64,000 nt of DNA, taken from an uncultured Gemmatimonadaceae bacterium. Its GTDB lineage: Bacteria; Gemmatimonadota; Gemmatimonadetes; Gemmatimonadales; Gemmatimonadaceae. The stretch covers positions 448,001 through 512,000 of the forward strand of contig CAWFQK010000001.1 in assembly GCA_963817955.1 (NCBI GenBank). The letters run 5' to 3'. The notes under the pieces are model-generated. The model was not told where the DNA came from. It searched no databases and saw nothing but the letters and a program-made list of their open reading frames with translations. Position 1 is the stretch's first letter. The number at the start of each line of letters is the position of its first letter. Of this stretch, positions 28,676 to 37,369 are shown piece after piece. The translations under genes were made by a program, and so were the position numbers.

Positions 28676-30119
28676 GGCCTTTGCAGTGAGTCAGGTCTGC
28701 GCTGGTGAACCCAAGGACGTCACCCGAGGCGATTGCGGCTGCCACGCCATGCGACCATGCATCGTTGCCGGAGAAGAGGGCGAAGTGCACGCGGTGCACT
28801 GGTTGACCGGCCGGCAGATCGGTGAGGAGCAGTTTTGCGCGCGCGCGAAGCGTGTCGAGGTCGGGATCATCGACCCTGCCCCATTTGCATTCGCCGACGA
28901 GGATGTCTCCGTCCAGTCCGACGGCGACGATGTCGATTTCGTTCCGTGAGTCCGCGTCCCACCAGGCCCCGACCCTGCTGGGCTTGAATGGGAGTTTGGT
29001 GGTGCGGCCTACCCAAGCGCGGCAGATGTCCTCGAAGGGGGCACCCATGTAGTCGTCGAGTCGCGGTGCAATACGCTGCTGCCACAGTTGCTCTGGCGCA
29101 ACGAGGCTGATCTCGCCGGTGGCGATGAGGGGGGCAACGAACCGGTGCCAGAAGGCAACGTACGGATCGTTAATTCGATACAGCGTGCGTTTGGAGTGCT
29201 GCGGGCTCGTCTCTGTGATGGGGACCATGCGGGCCACGACCTGCATCTCTTCGAGCCAACGCATTGGACGAGAGAGGGAACCGCTGCCCTTCCCCAGCCT
29301 GCTCGTGATCTTGCTCCACGTGCGCTCTCCGTTCGCGATGGCCTGGATGATCGAATAATGGATGTCCGCGTCCCCACCCCCGCGAAAGGCGTCAAGCATG
29401 TGCTGCGCCTCGTCGAACAGGCGTCCGGCCGGGGTGAGCATCTGTCGCATCACGTTCGCTGCGAGCCCCCGCTCGGGGTCGAGGAGGGCGAGGTGCCCCG
29501 GCAAGCCGCCGAAGATGCTGAAGGTGATGAGGCGTTCCCGAGCGGTGTACCCCGGGACGAAGGCGCCGACGTATTCGTGGGTGAATGGCGGGAAGATGAG
29601 CCGTCCGGTTCGGCGACCGTACAGCGGCTGATCCGCCTGCTCCAAACGCTGCATTGCCGAGATGTGCGACCCGTTGAGGACTAGCTTGAGGCGGGTCTCG
29701 GGCCAGTGGTGGTCCCACTCCGATTGAATGATCGAGGGTAGTGATGGCGCGGCCGCTGCCAGGTATGGGAACTCGTCGAGGATGAGGAGGAGCGGGGCAC
29801 CGGCAGCTCGGTCTGTGAGGTATTGGAAGAGGCTCTCCCAATCCGGAAGCGCCACCCCACGAAGTAGCGCCGCATCATCAAAATGGCTCCCAATAATCCG
29901 GCTGAGGGCCGCGAGCTGCTCAGTCTCCGTGCGGTTGGTGGCCTGGTAATAGATTCCGCCCACGGACTTCGCGAATCGAGTCAGGACCCAGCTCTTGCCC
30001 GCGCGCCGACGTCCAACGCCGAAGATGAGATCGGGGGCAGCTCGGTTCCAGATCTCGTTGAGTTCCTGCCACTGGGCATCTCGGTCGATGATGTCAGCAG
30101 GCTTTATTGGTCGAGGCAT
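28665..30119 (-). CDS. ATPase-DUF234 (family C), copy 2
   Basis: Near-identical to 11547-12983 with a different C-terminal tail. Confidence 0.9.
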   Translation of the reverse strand: MPRPIKPADIIDRDAQWQELNEIWNRAAPDLIFGVGRRRAGKSWVLTRFAKSVGGIYYQATNRTETEQLAALSRIIGSHFDDAALLRGVALPDWESLFQYLTDRAAGAPLLLILDEFPYLAAAAPSLPSIIQSEWDHHWPETRLKLVLNGSHISAMQRLEQADQPLYGRRTGRLIFPPFTHEYVGAFVPGYTARERLITFSIFGGLPGHLALLDPERGLAANVMRQMLTPAGRLFDEAQHMLDAFRGGGDADIHYSIIQAIANGERTWSKITSRLGKGSGSLSRPMRWLEEMQVVARMVPITETSPQHSKRTLYRINDPYVAFWHRFVAPLIATGEISLVAPEQLWQQRIAPRLDDYMGAPFEDICRAWVGRTTKLPFKPSRVGAWWDADSRNEIDIVAVGLDGDILVGECKWGRVDDPDLDTLRARAKLLLTDLPAGQPVHRVHFALFSGNDAWSHGVAAAIASGDVLGFTSADLTHCKGLSF

Positions 30120-30202
30120 GGTTGCATCCGATGCGTCATCGCTATTGTTGCAGCACTACAACTTGTATGCTTACAACATAGATGCTGCTCCGGCGCGAGA
30201 CA

Positions 30203-31216
30203 ATCGCTGAAGAGAAGGGCCATCTCGTCGTCCAACTCGAAGCACCAGAGGGGCAGAAGCTGGCGGAGTATCTCGCGCCGGCACTGAAAAGCGTCCTCCT
30301 CCGACTCAGCCGCGTCGAACAGGCGAAAGACTACGCCACCCGCGCCATGGGCGCGCTGAGAGGCTTTGCAAGCGTGTTCAAGGTTTCAATCGGCGAGGTC
30401 GGGTTCGGCGTCGCCGAGCCGCCAACCGCCGACAGCGGCAACATCGAGTTTGATCTTCCCGAGTTACTCATCGCGACAGCGCAAGCGGCGAAAGCCGCGG
30501 ACACAAGCGTCGCCGTCTTCGTCGATGAGGTCCAATACCTGTCGGAGGAAGACCTCCGTGCACTGATCGTTGCGCTGCATCGCGTCGCGCAAAAGGGCTT
30601 ACCTCTCGTCCTCTTTGGCGCCGGGCTTCCGCAGGTAGCCGCTCTTGCCGGAGAGGCGAAGTCTTACGCCGAACGGCTGTTCGACTATCCGGAAGTCGGC
30701 CCTCTCGATCCTTCGGCGGCAGAGCGTGCGGTACGGGAACCCGTCCGCTCTGAAGGGGCGGACATTGACGCTGGAGCACTGCACGAGATCGTCGAGGTAA
30801 CCCAAGGCTATCCGTACTTCCTGCAGGAATGGGGTAAGCATGCCTGGAACACTGCGCCACGATCTCCAATCACCGCGGAGGATGTCGAAATGGCCAGCAG
30901 GTCTGCGACCGACGCATTGGACAAGAACTTCTTCCGAGTCCGGTTCGACAGGCTCACTCCGCGCGAACAGGATTATCTGCGGGCGATGGCGGACCTCGGC
31001 CCAGGACCGCACCGGTCCGGGGCGATCGCTGAGAAGCTCGGGGCGGCCGTGGAGAACCTCGGTCCGCTGCGGAGCGGCCTCATAAAAAAGGGTATGATTT
31101 GGAGCCCGTCGCACGGCAATACGGCCTTTACTGTACCCATGTTCGACGCGTTCATGCGACGCGCGATCCCGGTTTGGCAGGCACCAGCCGCACCCAAGCG
31201 CCGGGGGGGACTGTGA
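30203..31216 (+). pseudogene. 5'-truncated copy of the family-B ATPase (Walker A lost)
   Basis: Matches 7965-8978; fused to the upstream region of the family-C gene. Confidence 0.85.
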
Positions 31217-31416
31217 CCAGTGGTGCGTTGTCAGTTGTCAGTTGTCAGTTGTGAGTTGTGAGTTGTGAGTGTACGGGGCATGCGCACCAGGGCGCCTGGC
31301 ATGCAGGCCACTATCGCCGGTCGGCGAGGTTCGGGTGTCCAGTTGTGAGTTGTGAGTTATGAGTTTCTAAAAACGCATAACTCACAAATGGCAACTCGAA
31401 ACTCGCCGACCGGTGG
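31212..31416 (+). repeat. R element copy 7 (3' segment absent)
   Basis: Lead-in and hairpin present; ends at GCCGACCGGTGG. Confidence 0.95.
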
Positions 31417-31550
31417 GGCGACTTCTGAGCTGTCTGACAGCCCGCAGCCGTTGGCTCTCCGTTCACACTTCGCCACCCCGTCCAAGCGCCGCGGCTTGCA
31501 GCGCGGTGATCTTCCGGGCGGCGACCGTGACGCGAGGAAGCGCCACTCCG

Positions 31551-32763
31551 TCAGAGCGTTCCGAGTTGTTGGGCCCACCGGAGCCAGTGACCGAGGAGCG
31601 GGTCCTCCAGCCGGTACTCCACGACGCCCTGGCTCCCAGTCTCGCGCACGAGACCTCGTGCATCGAGCGCGTGGAGCGCCCGGTGCATGGACCCGGGAGG
31701 GACGCGGTACCTGCGCGTCACGTCTGCGGAGAGGAGGCCGCGACCGTGCTCGAGCACGACTGCCTTGAGCGCGCGCTTCTGCTGGAGGGTGAGCGAGTTC
31801 CAGATCTGCGTGTACGCCGCATCCTCCTGCCCCAGCACCCGCTCGAGAGCAGCATCCACCAAGGCATCCGTGAGCGTGGAAGTCGTGGCTCCTCCGCGGG
31901 ACGGGGTTACCCGAAGCATCTCCCAGCACTCGTGGGCGAGTCGTTGCACCGTGTAGGGAACGTCCTCGGCGCGGTCCAGGATGTGGAGCAAGGCCGCCTC
32001 CTCGGCTTCGAAGCCCGCGCCTTGGAAGCCCGTGCGAAGGAACGCCAGAAATTCCGGCCGGGGGATCGGGCCGAGGAGGAGGCGCTGGCCGAGGCGGTAG
32101 AAGGCCCGAGCCGGGTCGCTGGTCATGTCGGCCAGCAAGCGCGTCGCGGAACCGGCGAAGATGTAGCCGACGTGCCGGTGCTGCTGGACCGACGCGCGGA
32201 TCTGGCGCTCCGCGGTCTCGCCGCCTAGCGCGATCACCTGCTGGAACTCGTCGATCATCACCGTCGCGTTACGCCCAGTCTCCGCGGCGAGCCGGTCAAT
32301 GGCGTCCAAGACGTCCACTAGAATGGGCAGCGCCCGGGCGCCTTCCGCGGTCCCAGCACCTCCGATGGAAGACCCTGATCGCCTGCTCCTCGAGGTTGTA
32401 GCTCACCTCCGGCTTCAGCGCGCCCGCCAACCGCTTGAGTAGCGCCCCGGCGCGCTCGGCCGTAGTCGCCATCTGGCGCGTGGCGGCCGAGAGCAGCGCC
32501 TGGGCGAGCAGGTCCAGGGTCTCGTACCGCTCCGCGTCGTAGCGCAGCACGAGCGCCCCGTCGGCCCCGGCGACGGTGGCCGCCGCCGCCAGGAGCGACG
32601 TCTTGCCAAACCGACGCGGCCCAATGAGAAACAGGCGGTCCAAGTTCTGGATCGACCGGACCACCTGATCAATCTCGGCGGTCCGGTCCACGAGTTCCTC
32701 GCGTCCTAGCTCGCGACCGTACTCGAACGGGTTGCGGATCGGCTGCTGTGGACGTGGCGGCAT
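31551..32763 (-). CDS. P-loop ATPase (family D), +1 frameshift near 32369
   Basis: NPFEYG..VDR, GPRRFGKTSL, MIDEFQ, YIFAGS, LEDPLLGHWL. Confidence 0.8.
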
Positions 32764-32780
32764 ACCCCTCCGAGAAATCC

Positions 32781-32827
32781 ACTTCGCATTCTGCGTTTCG
32801 CATTATGCGATTCGCACAATGCGAAGT
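32781..32827. promoter_or_regulatory. Three tandem TTCGCA-N-TGCG palindromic operator-like sites
   Basis: ACTTCGCATTCTGCGTTTCGCATTATGCGATTCGCACAATGCGAAGT. Confidence 0.6.
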
Positions 32828-33048
32828 CAAGCTCTGAGGCCACTCCAGTCTCTGCGATCGGGGGCGGCCGGCGACCCCCCGAACAACACGAGGCGACCCG
32901 AATATGGACGTGCGTACCGCCAAAGGCGACTGAACAGCCCCACGCGCACTAATACTGCTTTGGCCGAGGTTCAGCGATAACCGGACGAGTACCGCGCGGG
33001 CAGTGGATGATCGAGCGGGGGCTGGCGGGGGCTGGCGGGGGCTGGCGC

Positions 33049-33287
33049 AAGCGATCGGGACGGCGGGTGACAGTGATCAGTCATCAGTGCGTGGGTCGTC
33101 AGGCCTCAGTGACTGAGGACCCCGACAGCCCTCGATCGGGCGAGGAGACCCGCGACCATCCACCACCATTAAGAACGCGCGGCCACGAAAGCCGGCCCGA
33201 GCGAGAACCCGTCGCGTAGCCGCGCGACTGATGACTGAGCACCGCGTACTGATGACTGAAGACAGTCACCCGCCGTCCCGATCGCTT
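33049..33287 (+). repeat. E2 element (~240 bp, ~38-bp imperfect terminal inverted repeats), copy 1
   Basis: GCGATCGGGACGGCGGGTGACAGTGATCAGTCATCAGT ... ACTGATGACTGAAGACAGTCACCCGCCGTCCCGATCGC. Confidence 0.85.
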
Positions 33288-33349
33288 TACCTCGCGTGGC
33301 GTCGCCGGACCCAGCCGCAGAGGTTCGCGTCGTTACCTGCGGGCCGACT

Positions 33350-33582
33350 GCACGAGCATACCGACCCCTGCCGGGACACTCCCAAGCCCGCCCAGACTCG
33401 TCAGATCAATGCCGTCCAAGTCAACAAAAACCCCTCTCGATCGGGCCCACGCCTGGTGGAGAACCCGGGTAGACGCGGACCAATACGTCGTGGATCCGAG
33501 CGAGAGCCCGAACGCAGCGCGCATACCACAGCACCACGCTCGAAGGCTATCGCATCACCAAGGAACTTTCTGACGCGATCGT
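33350..33582 (+). pseudogene. Three-piece scar of the Fic cassette at 38725-40485
   Basis: Pieces match 38725-38751, 38857-39000 and 39825-39887 in colinear order. Confidence 0.9.
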
Positions 33583-33620
33583 TCGGCGCGGGGAGTGCGC
33601 ACTTGGAGCCGGGAGCCTCA

Positions 33621-34832
33621 CTACTTGTATTCGTCCGTTGCCGACGCGATGTGCGATGGACTGAGATGCATGGCAATGTCTGGCAGTGCGTGGACGATGA
33701 TCCAGCCCCTCAGAAACGGGCTATCGAAGCAGTAACCGCTCCCGTGAACAGTTCGCATGAGGCGGCCGTCCTCGACAAAAGCCTTGAGGGTGTTTGAGAC
33801 ACTTCCGGATTCAAGAGCAAAACGCTTGCGGGTCGCTTTCGTCGTGAGTCCTTGATCGGTCGCCGCCACGGCACGTAGCACATTTTGCTGGGTCGGCGTG
33901 AGTTTGCTCCACCACGCCTCGCTCTGATCGGCTGACTCGTCGATGATTTCTTGAAGTGCTGATGCCACGGTAAGGTGGTCCACGACCGCGCCATCGGGTG
34001 CGATATCTACGCACTTGCGCGCGAGTCGCACGATGTCGCGGGTGCGAGCTCCGGCGACGTCGACACACACCTGACCCGCCCCGTTGGGCACGAGACCAAC
34101 GCTGCGCATGCGCTCATCAATCCAGGCGGACATGTGATCGCGGTCAATCGGCCCGAAGGCGTGGTGGTCGAGTAGATCGTAGAACGCGCGATCTTTGCCT
34201 ACCATTGCTTGAAGGAGGGCGGGCTGGGACCCAGCAACGATGTAGCTCATGTTGTGATGATGCTGCATCACTCCGCGGAGATGCCATTCGCCCTGTTCTC
34301 CAGCGAGGCGTGTGATCTCCTGGAACTCGTCAAGCACAAGCCCCAGTGTCACACCGCGCGTTTTCGCCAGGTCGTTCAGGGTGTCGAGGACCCGTGCGAG
34401 AGACGCTTGCTGTACCTCCAGGTTCTCTTGCCGCACGCCAAGCTCGAGGCTCGCGCCTAACAATCCTGTCGACGGGTCGGGGGTCACTTTGACGCCGCCC
34501 TGAAATCGAGTGACGAAGTCTGAAATGAAGGTTGTCCAGCGTCTGCCGAGGATCTTTGTAGCCCCATCGAGGATGCGGTTCGCCATGTCCGCGATGGTGG
34601 TGACGGTCGAGATGTCAGCGAGAAACGCATGACCACCCCCGGCATTGACGGCCTCGACAGCATTGTCGAGTGTGGAGGTTTTCCCCATTCGACGCTGTCC
34701 GTACACCATCATCTTGGCGCAGGGCTCCATCAAGACGCGGCGAAAGATGGCGATCTCCTCCTCTCTGTCCGTAAAGAATGGCTTTCGAACCGCACCATGG
34801 ATACGGAATGGATTCTCGAGGTCGGTGGCCAT
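33621..34832 (-). CDS. P-loop ATPase (family E, related to family D)
   Basis: NPFRIHG..FTDREEE, GQRRMGKTS, VLDEFQ, YIVAGS, FDSPFLRGWI. Confidence 0.85.
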   Translation of the reverse strand: MATDLENPFRIHGAVRKPFFTDREEEIAIFRRVLMEPCAKMMVYGQRRMGKTSTLDNAVEAVNAGGGHAFLADISTVTTIADMANRILDGATKILGRRWTTFISDFVTRFQGGVKVTPDPSTGLLGASLELGVRQENLEVQQASLARVLDTLNDLAKTRGVTLGLVLDEFQEITRLAGEQGEWHLRGVMQHHHNMSYIVAGSQPALLQAMVGKDRAFYDLLDHHAFGPIDRDHMSAWIDERMRSVGLVPNGAGQVCVDVAGARTRDIVRLARKCVDIAPDGAVVDHLTVASALQEIIDESADQSEAWWSKLTPTQQNVLRAVAATDQGLTTKATRKRFALESGSVSNTLKAFVEDGRLMRTVHGSGYCFDSPFLRGWIIVHALPDIAMHLSPSHIASATDEYK

Positions 34833-35417
34833 GTCACTACCCAGTGGACGGGATAAATGTGTAACAAATAACAGTGTTATTCTCTACACTGTAGCTTACT
34901 ACAGTAATCCCTGTACCGTAATACGCTGGTAAAGGCTGCTCGGGCGCGCCAACCACTGCTCGGCCTTACTGGACCGGAACGCGCGGCCATGCTGCGGCGT
35001 CGAAGTAGTCGAAGGGGTCGTGCTTGATGACGCGCGAGAATCGCCCGTAGAGAGGGTGTTAGACTTCAGCAGTACCCGTCCGCTATTGGGTGCCCTATCT
35101 TCCTTTCGTACACTCCCGGGGATGACGATGGCGACTCCTTACAGCGAACTCGAAGCCATGCGACAAGAGGCACGCCGCACCCTCCCGCCGTCGGCTCCCA
35201 CGGCACCTAACGGCGCTGCTGACTGAGCGACTTCTGAGCTGTCCGACAGCCGGCAGCGGTTGGCTCTCCGTTCACAGAGATTCTTCGCTTTGCTCAGGAT
35301 GACAGGGGATTTGCTCAGGATGACAGGCATCCCGTGTCCCGTGTCCCGTGGTTCAGCGCTGGCGGCGGTAGCGGCGCGAACCGTTGAGACTGGGTCCGCA
35401 GCGGCGCGCGGGATCTC

Positions 35418-35654
35418 GCGATCGGGACAGCGGGTGACTGTCTTCAGTCATCAGTAAACGGTGGTCAGTCGTCAGTCGCGCGGCTACGCGACGGGTTCTC
35501 GCTCAGGCCGGCTTTCGCGGCCGCGCGTCTTATTGGGGGGTGGATGGTCGTGGGTCTGTTCGCCCGATCGAGGGCTGTCGGGGTCCTCCGTCACTGAGGA
35601 CTGACAACCCACGCACTGATGACTGATCACAGTCACCCGTCGTCCCGATCGCTT
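35418..35654 (-). repeat. E2 element copy 2, inverted relative to copy 1
   Basis: Reverse complement aligns along the whole length of 33049-33287. Confidence 0.85.
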
Positions 35655-35727
35655 GCGCCAGCCCACGCTCGAACATCCGCCGACTGCGCGGCAGTCGTCC
35701 GCGGTATCGCTCGGAGGATCGCTCAGA

Positions 35728-35812
35728 CCTACGGCAATTTCGCCCGCACCGACACGGTGCGGTACGCCGCATCGGGCGACGCATCCCCTTTCGGCCAATC
35801 GAGCTCCTTCCC
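35728..35812 (-). pseudogene. 3' scar of a further TsdA-like allele
   Basis: Translates to GKELDWPKGDASPDAAYRTVSVRAKLP*. Confidence 0.8.
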
Positions 35813-35857
35813 CTACTATGTGGGTCTCAGCAGGTTCGCTCAAGGCATAGCCGTCTC

Positions 35858-36652
35858 TCACTCACGCACCTGCGGTAACACGCCACCCGGTGTGCCGAAG
35901 TGTGGCGTCAGCGAGGCAGACGCCCGCGCATCGGCCGTCGGCATGGCGAATGCTCCCGCCTCGGTTGACCAGTACAGACAACCGATCTCGTCCGGCGGTC
36001 GCGATCGAATGAATGCCTCAGCCGAGCCAAGCGCCGCCAGCCAGTCCGTCTTGGCCGCGATCAGGTCGAACGGCTCCGCGAGATCGAGGCGCGCAAAGTC
36101 TTCTGGCCGGTACCGGCCACTCCGCTTGAGCAACTCGAGCAGCGACAACGGAGTGAAACCGGGGTCCTTTCCTGCTGCGGCCCAACAGACGGCGCCGAGT
36201 GGGAGCACGCGCGCGTTGATGAACAGAATGTCCACGAAATCGCGCGGTTCATCGCGTCCGACCAGCGCGAGCACCTTGTTGATTGCCAGGTCGACGGGGT
36301 GGAGCAACCATCCGCCAAGCGGGTCACGCACGAGCGGCATGAAACGCCACGCCGAGACGTGCGCCCAGTCCACCCGCGTCGACCGCTCGCCCAGCGCCAC
36401 GATGGCGCGCACAAATCCGGGCTGGCTGATCTCGACCGTCACGGCATATCCGGCCGCCTCGAGGCGCACCCGGTTGTCGTTGAATGCCGCGGCCACTCGC
36501 TTGACTGAATCGTGGAAGAAGTCCAGGTCGTTGCTGAAGCGCGTGGAGTTTGGCGCGAAGTGGAGCGCCGCCCCTCCGGCGAGATAGCTCTCGCCCTCAC
36601 ATGTGGTGGCCAGCTCCGCGAGCAACTTCCGCTGGAAGTCGGTTAGCGGCAC
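35858..36652 (-). CDS. AbiEii-like nucleotidyltransferase
   Basis: YLAGGAAL..RFSNDLDFF, NKVLALVGRDEPRDFVD. Confidence 0.75.
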   Translation of the reverse strand: MPLTDFQRKLLAELATTCEGESYLAGGAALHFAPNSTRFSNDLDFFHDSVKRVAAAFNDNRVRLEAAGYAVTVEISQPGFVRAIVALGERSTRVDWAHVSAWRFMPLVRDPLGGWLLHPVDLAINKVLALVGRDEPRDFVDILFINARVLPLGAVCWAAAGKDPGFTPLSLLELLKRSGRYRPEDFARLDLAEPFDLIAAKTDWLAALGSAEAFIRSRPPDEIGCLYWSTEAGAFAMPTADARASASLTPHFGTPGGVLPQVRE

Positions 36653-36906
36653 AGTCGCGACCCCACGCGCCATGCCTCGCGATTGCCGTGCTTCATGAGC
36701 TGCTCTGCGACCCACGGCACGTCGTCGCGCGTGATGGCAAGGTCGGACCGATACGACCAAAAACATGACGAGTGAAACCGATGAAATGCACGCCGTGCCT
36801 CGCGAACATTTGCCATGCCGCGCGCGGTGGCGGGATCGAGCGTGCGACGGCTCTTGAGGCCTCCGCGCCTACCGATGGCAGAGAGGTACTTGCGGATCGA
36901 CGACAT
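36643..36906 (-). CDS. Small basic protein coupled to the AbiEii-like gene (putative antitoxin)
   Basis: 87 aa; overlaps the start of the downstream gene; CFWSY. Confidence 0.65.
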   Translation of the reverse strand: MSSIRKYLSAIGRRGGLKSRRTLDPATARGMANVREARRAFHRFHSSCFWSYRSDLAITRDDVPWVAEQLMKHGNREAWRVGSRLCR

Positions 36907-37110
36907 GATCAGTCGTAGTCCGCTTATGATCTAAAGTCAATACAGTAAACACTATACCTTCCTGGCCGGAGGGCAGCCGCTCTCTGCAGCCGGCTGTGGG
37001 CTATAGTGCGCCTAGGCCTGCGGCACCCCGCCAGGGCCTTGACGCTTTCTTCCCTTTATGTAATGTTCTTCGAGAACAGCCGCTTTCTTACCTTTACGTA
37101 ATCTCAAGAC

Positions 37111-37368
37111 GTGGAGCTTACCCCGCGCATCATTCAGACCCCCGAAGAGTTCGGCGCGGTGCTCCGCGCCGAACGACGCGCGCGCCACCTGACCCAAGCA
37201 AAGGCGGCCGCCCTAGCTGGCGTGAGCGAACGCCTGTGGAACGAGACCGAACGTGGGAAGCGTTTGCAGCTCGGCATGGATACCGCCCTCCGGATGCTCC
37301 AGACCCTCGGGTTCGATCTTGGCCTCGTAGCCCGGACGCGCCGCGGAACGTCGTCAGGAGCATACTGA
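37111..37368 (+). CDS. XRE HTH antitoxin (HipB-like), copy 2
   Basis: Near-identical to 18218-18475. Confidence 0.85.
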   Translation: MELTPRIIQTPEEFGAVLRAERRARHLTQAKAAALAGVSERLWNETERGKRLQLGMDTALRMLQTLGFDLGLVARTRRGTSSGAY

Positions 37369-37369
37369 G

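Noticed and set aside
7309..31416. R copies as integron attC sites
   Set aside because: No RYYYAAC/GTTRRRY core ends or intI are visible, several genes lie between copies, and the cargo points in both directions.
35020..35226. 68-aa ORF upstream of the mosaic spacer
   Set aside because: No recognisable motif; it may be a 5' gene stub but cannot be supported.
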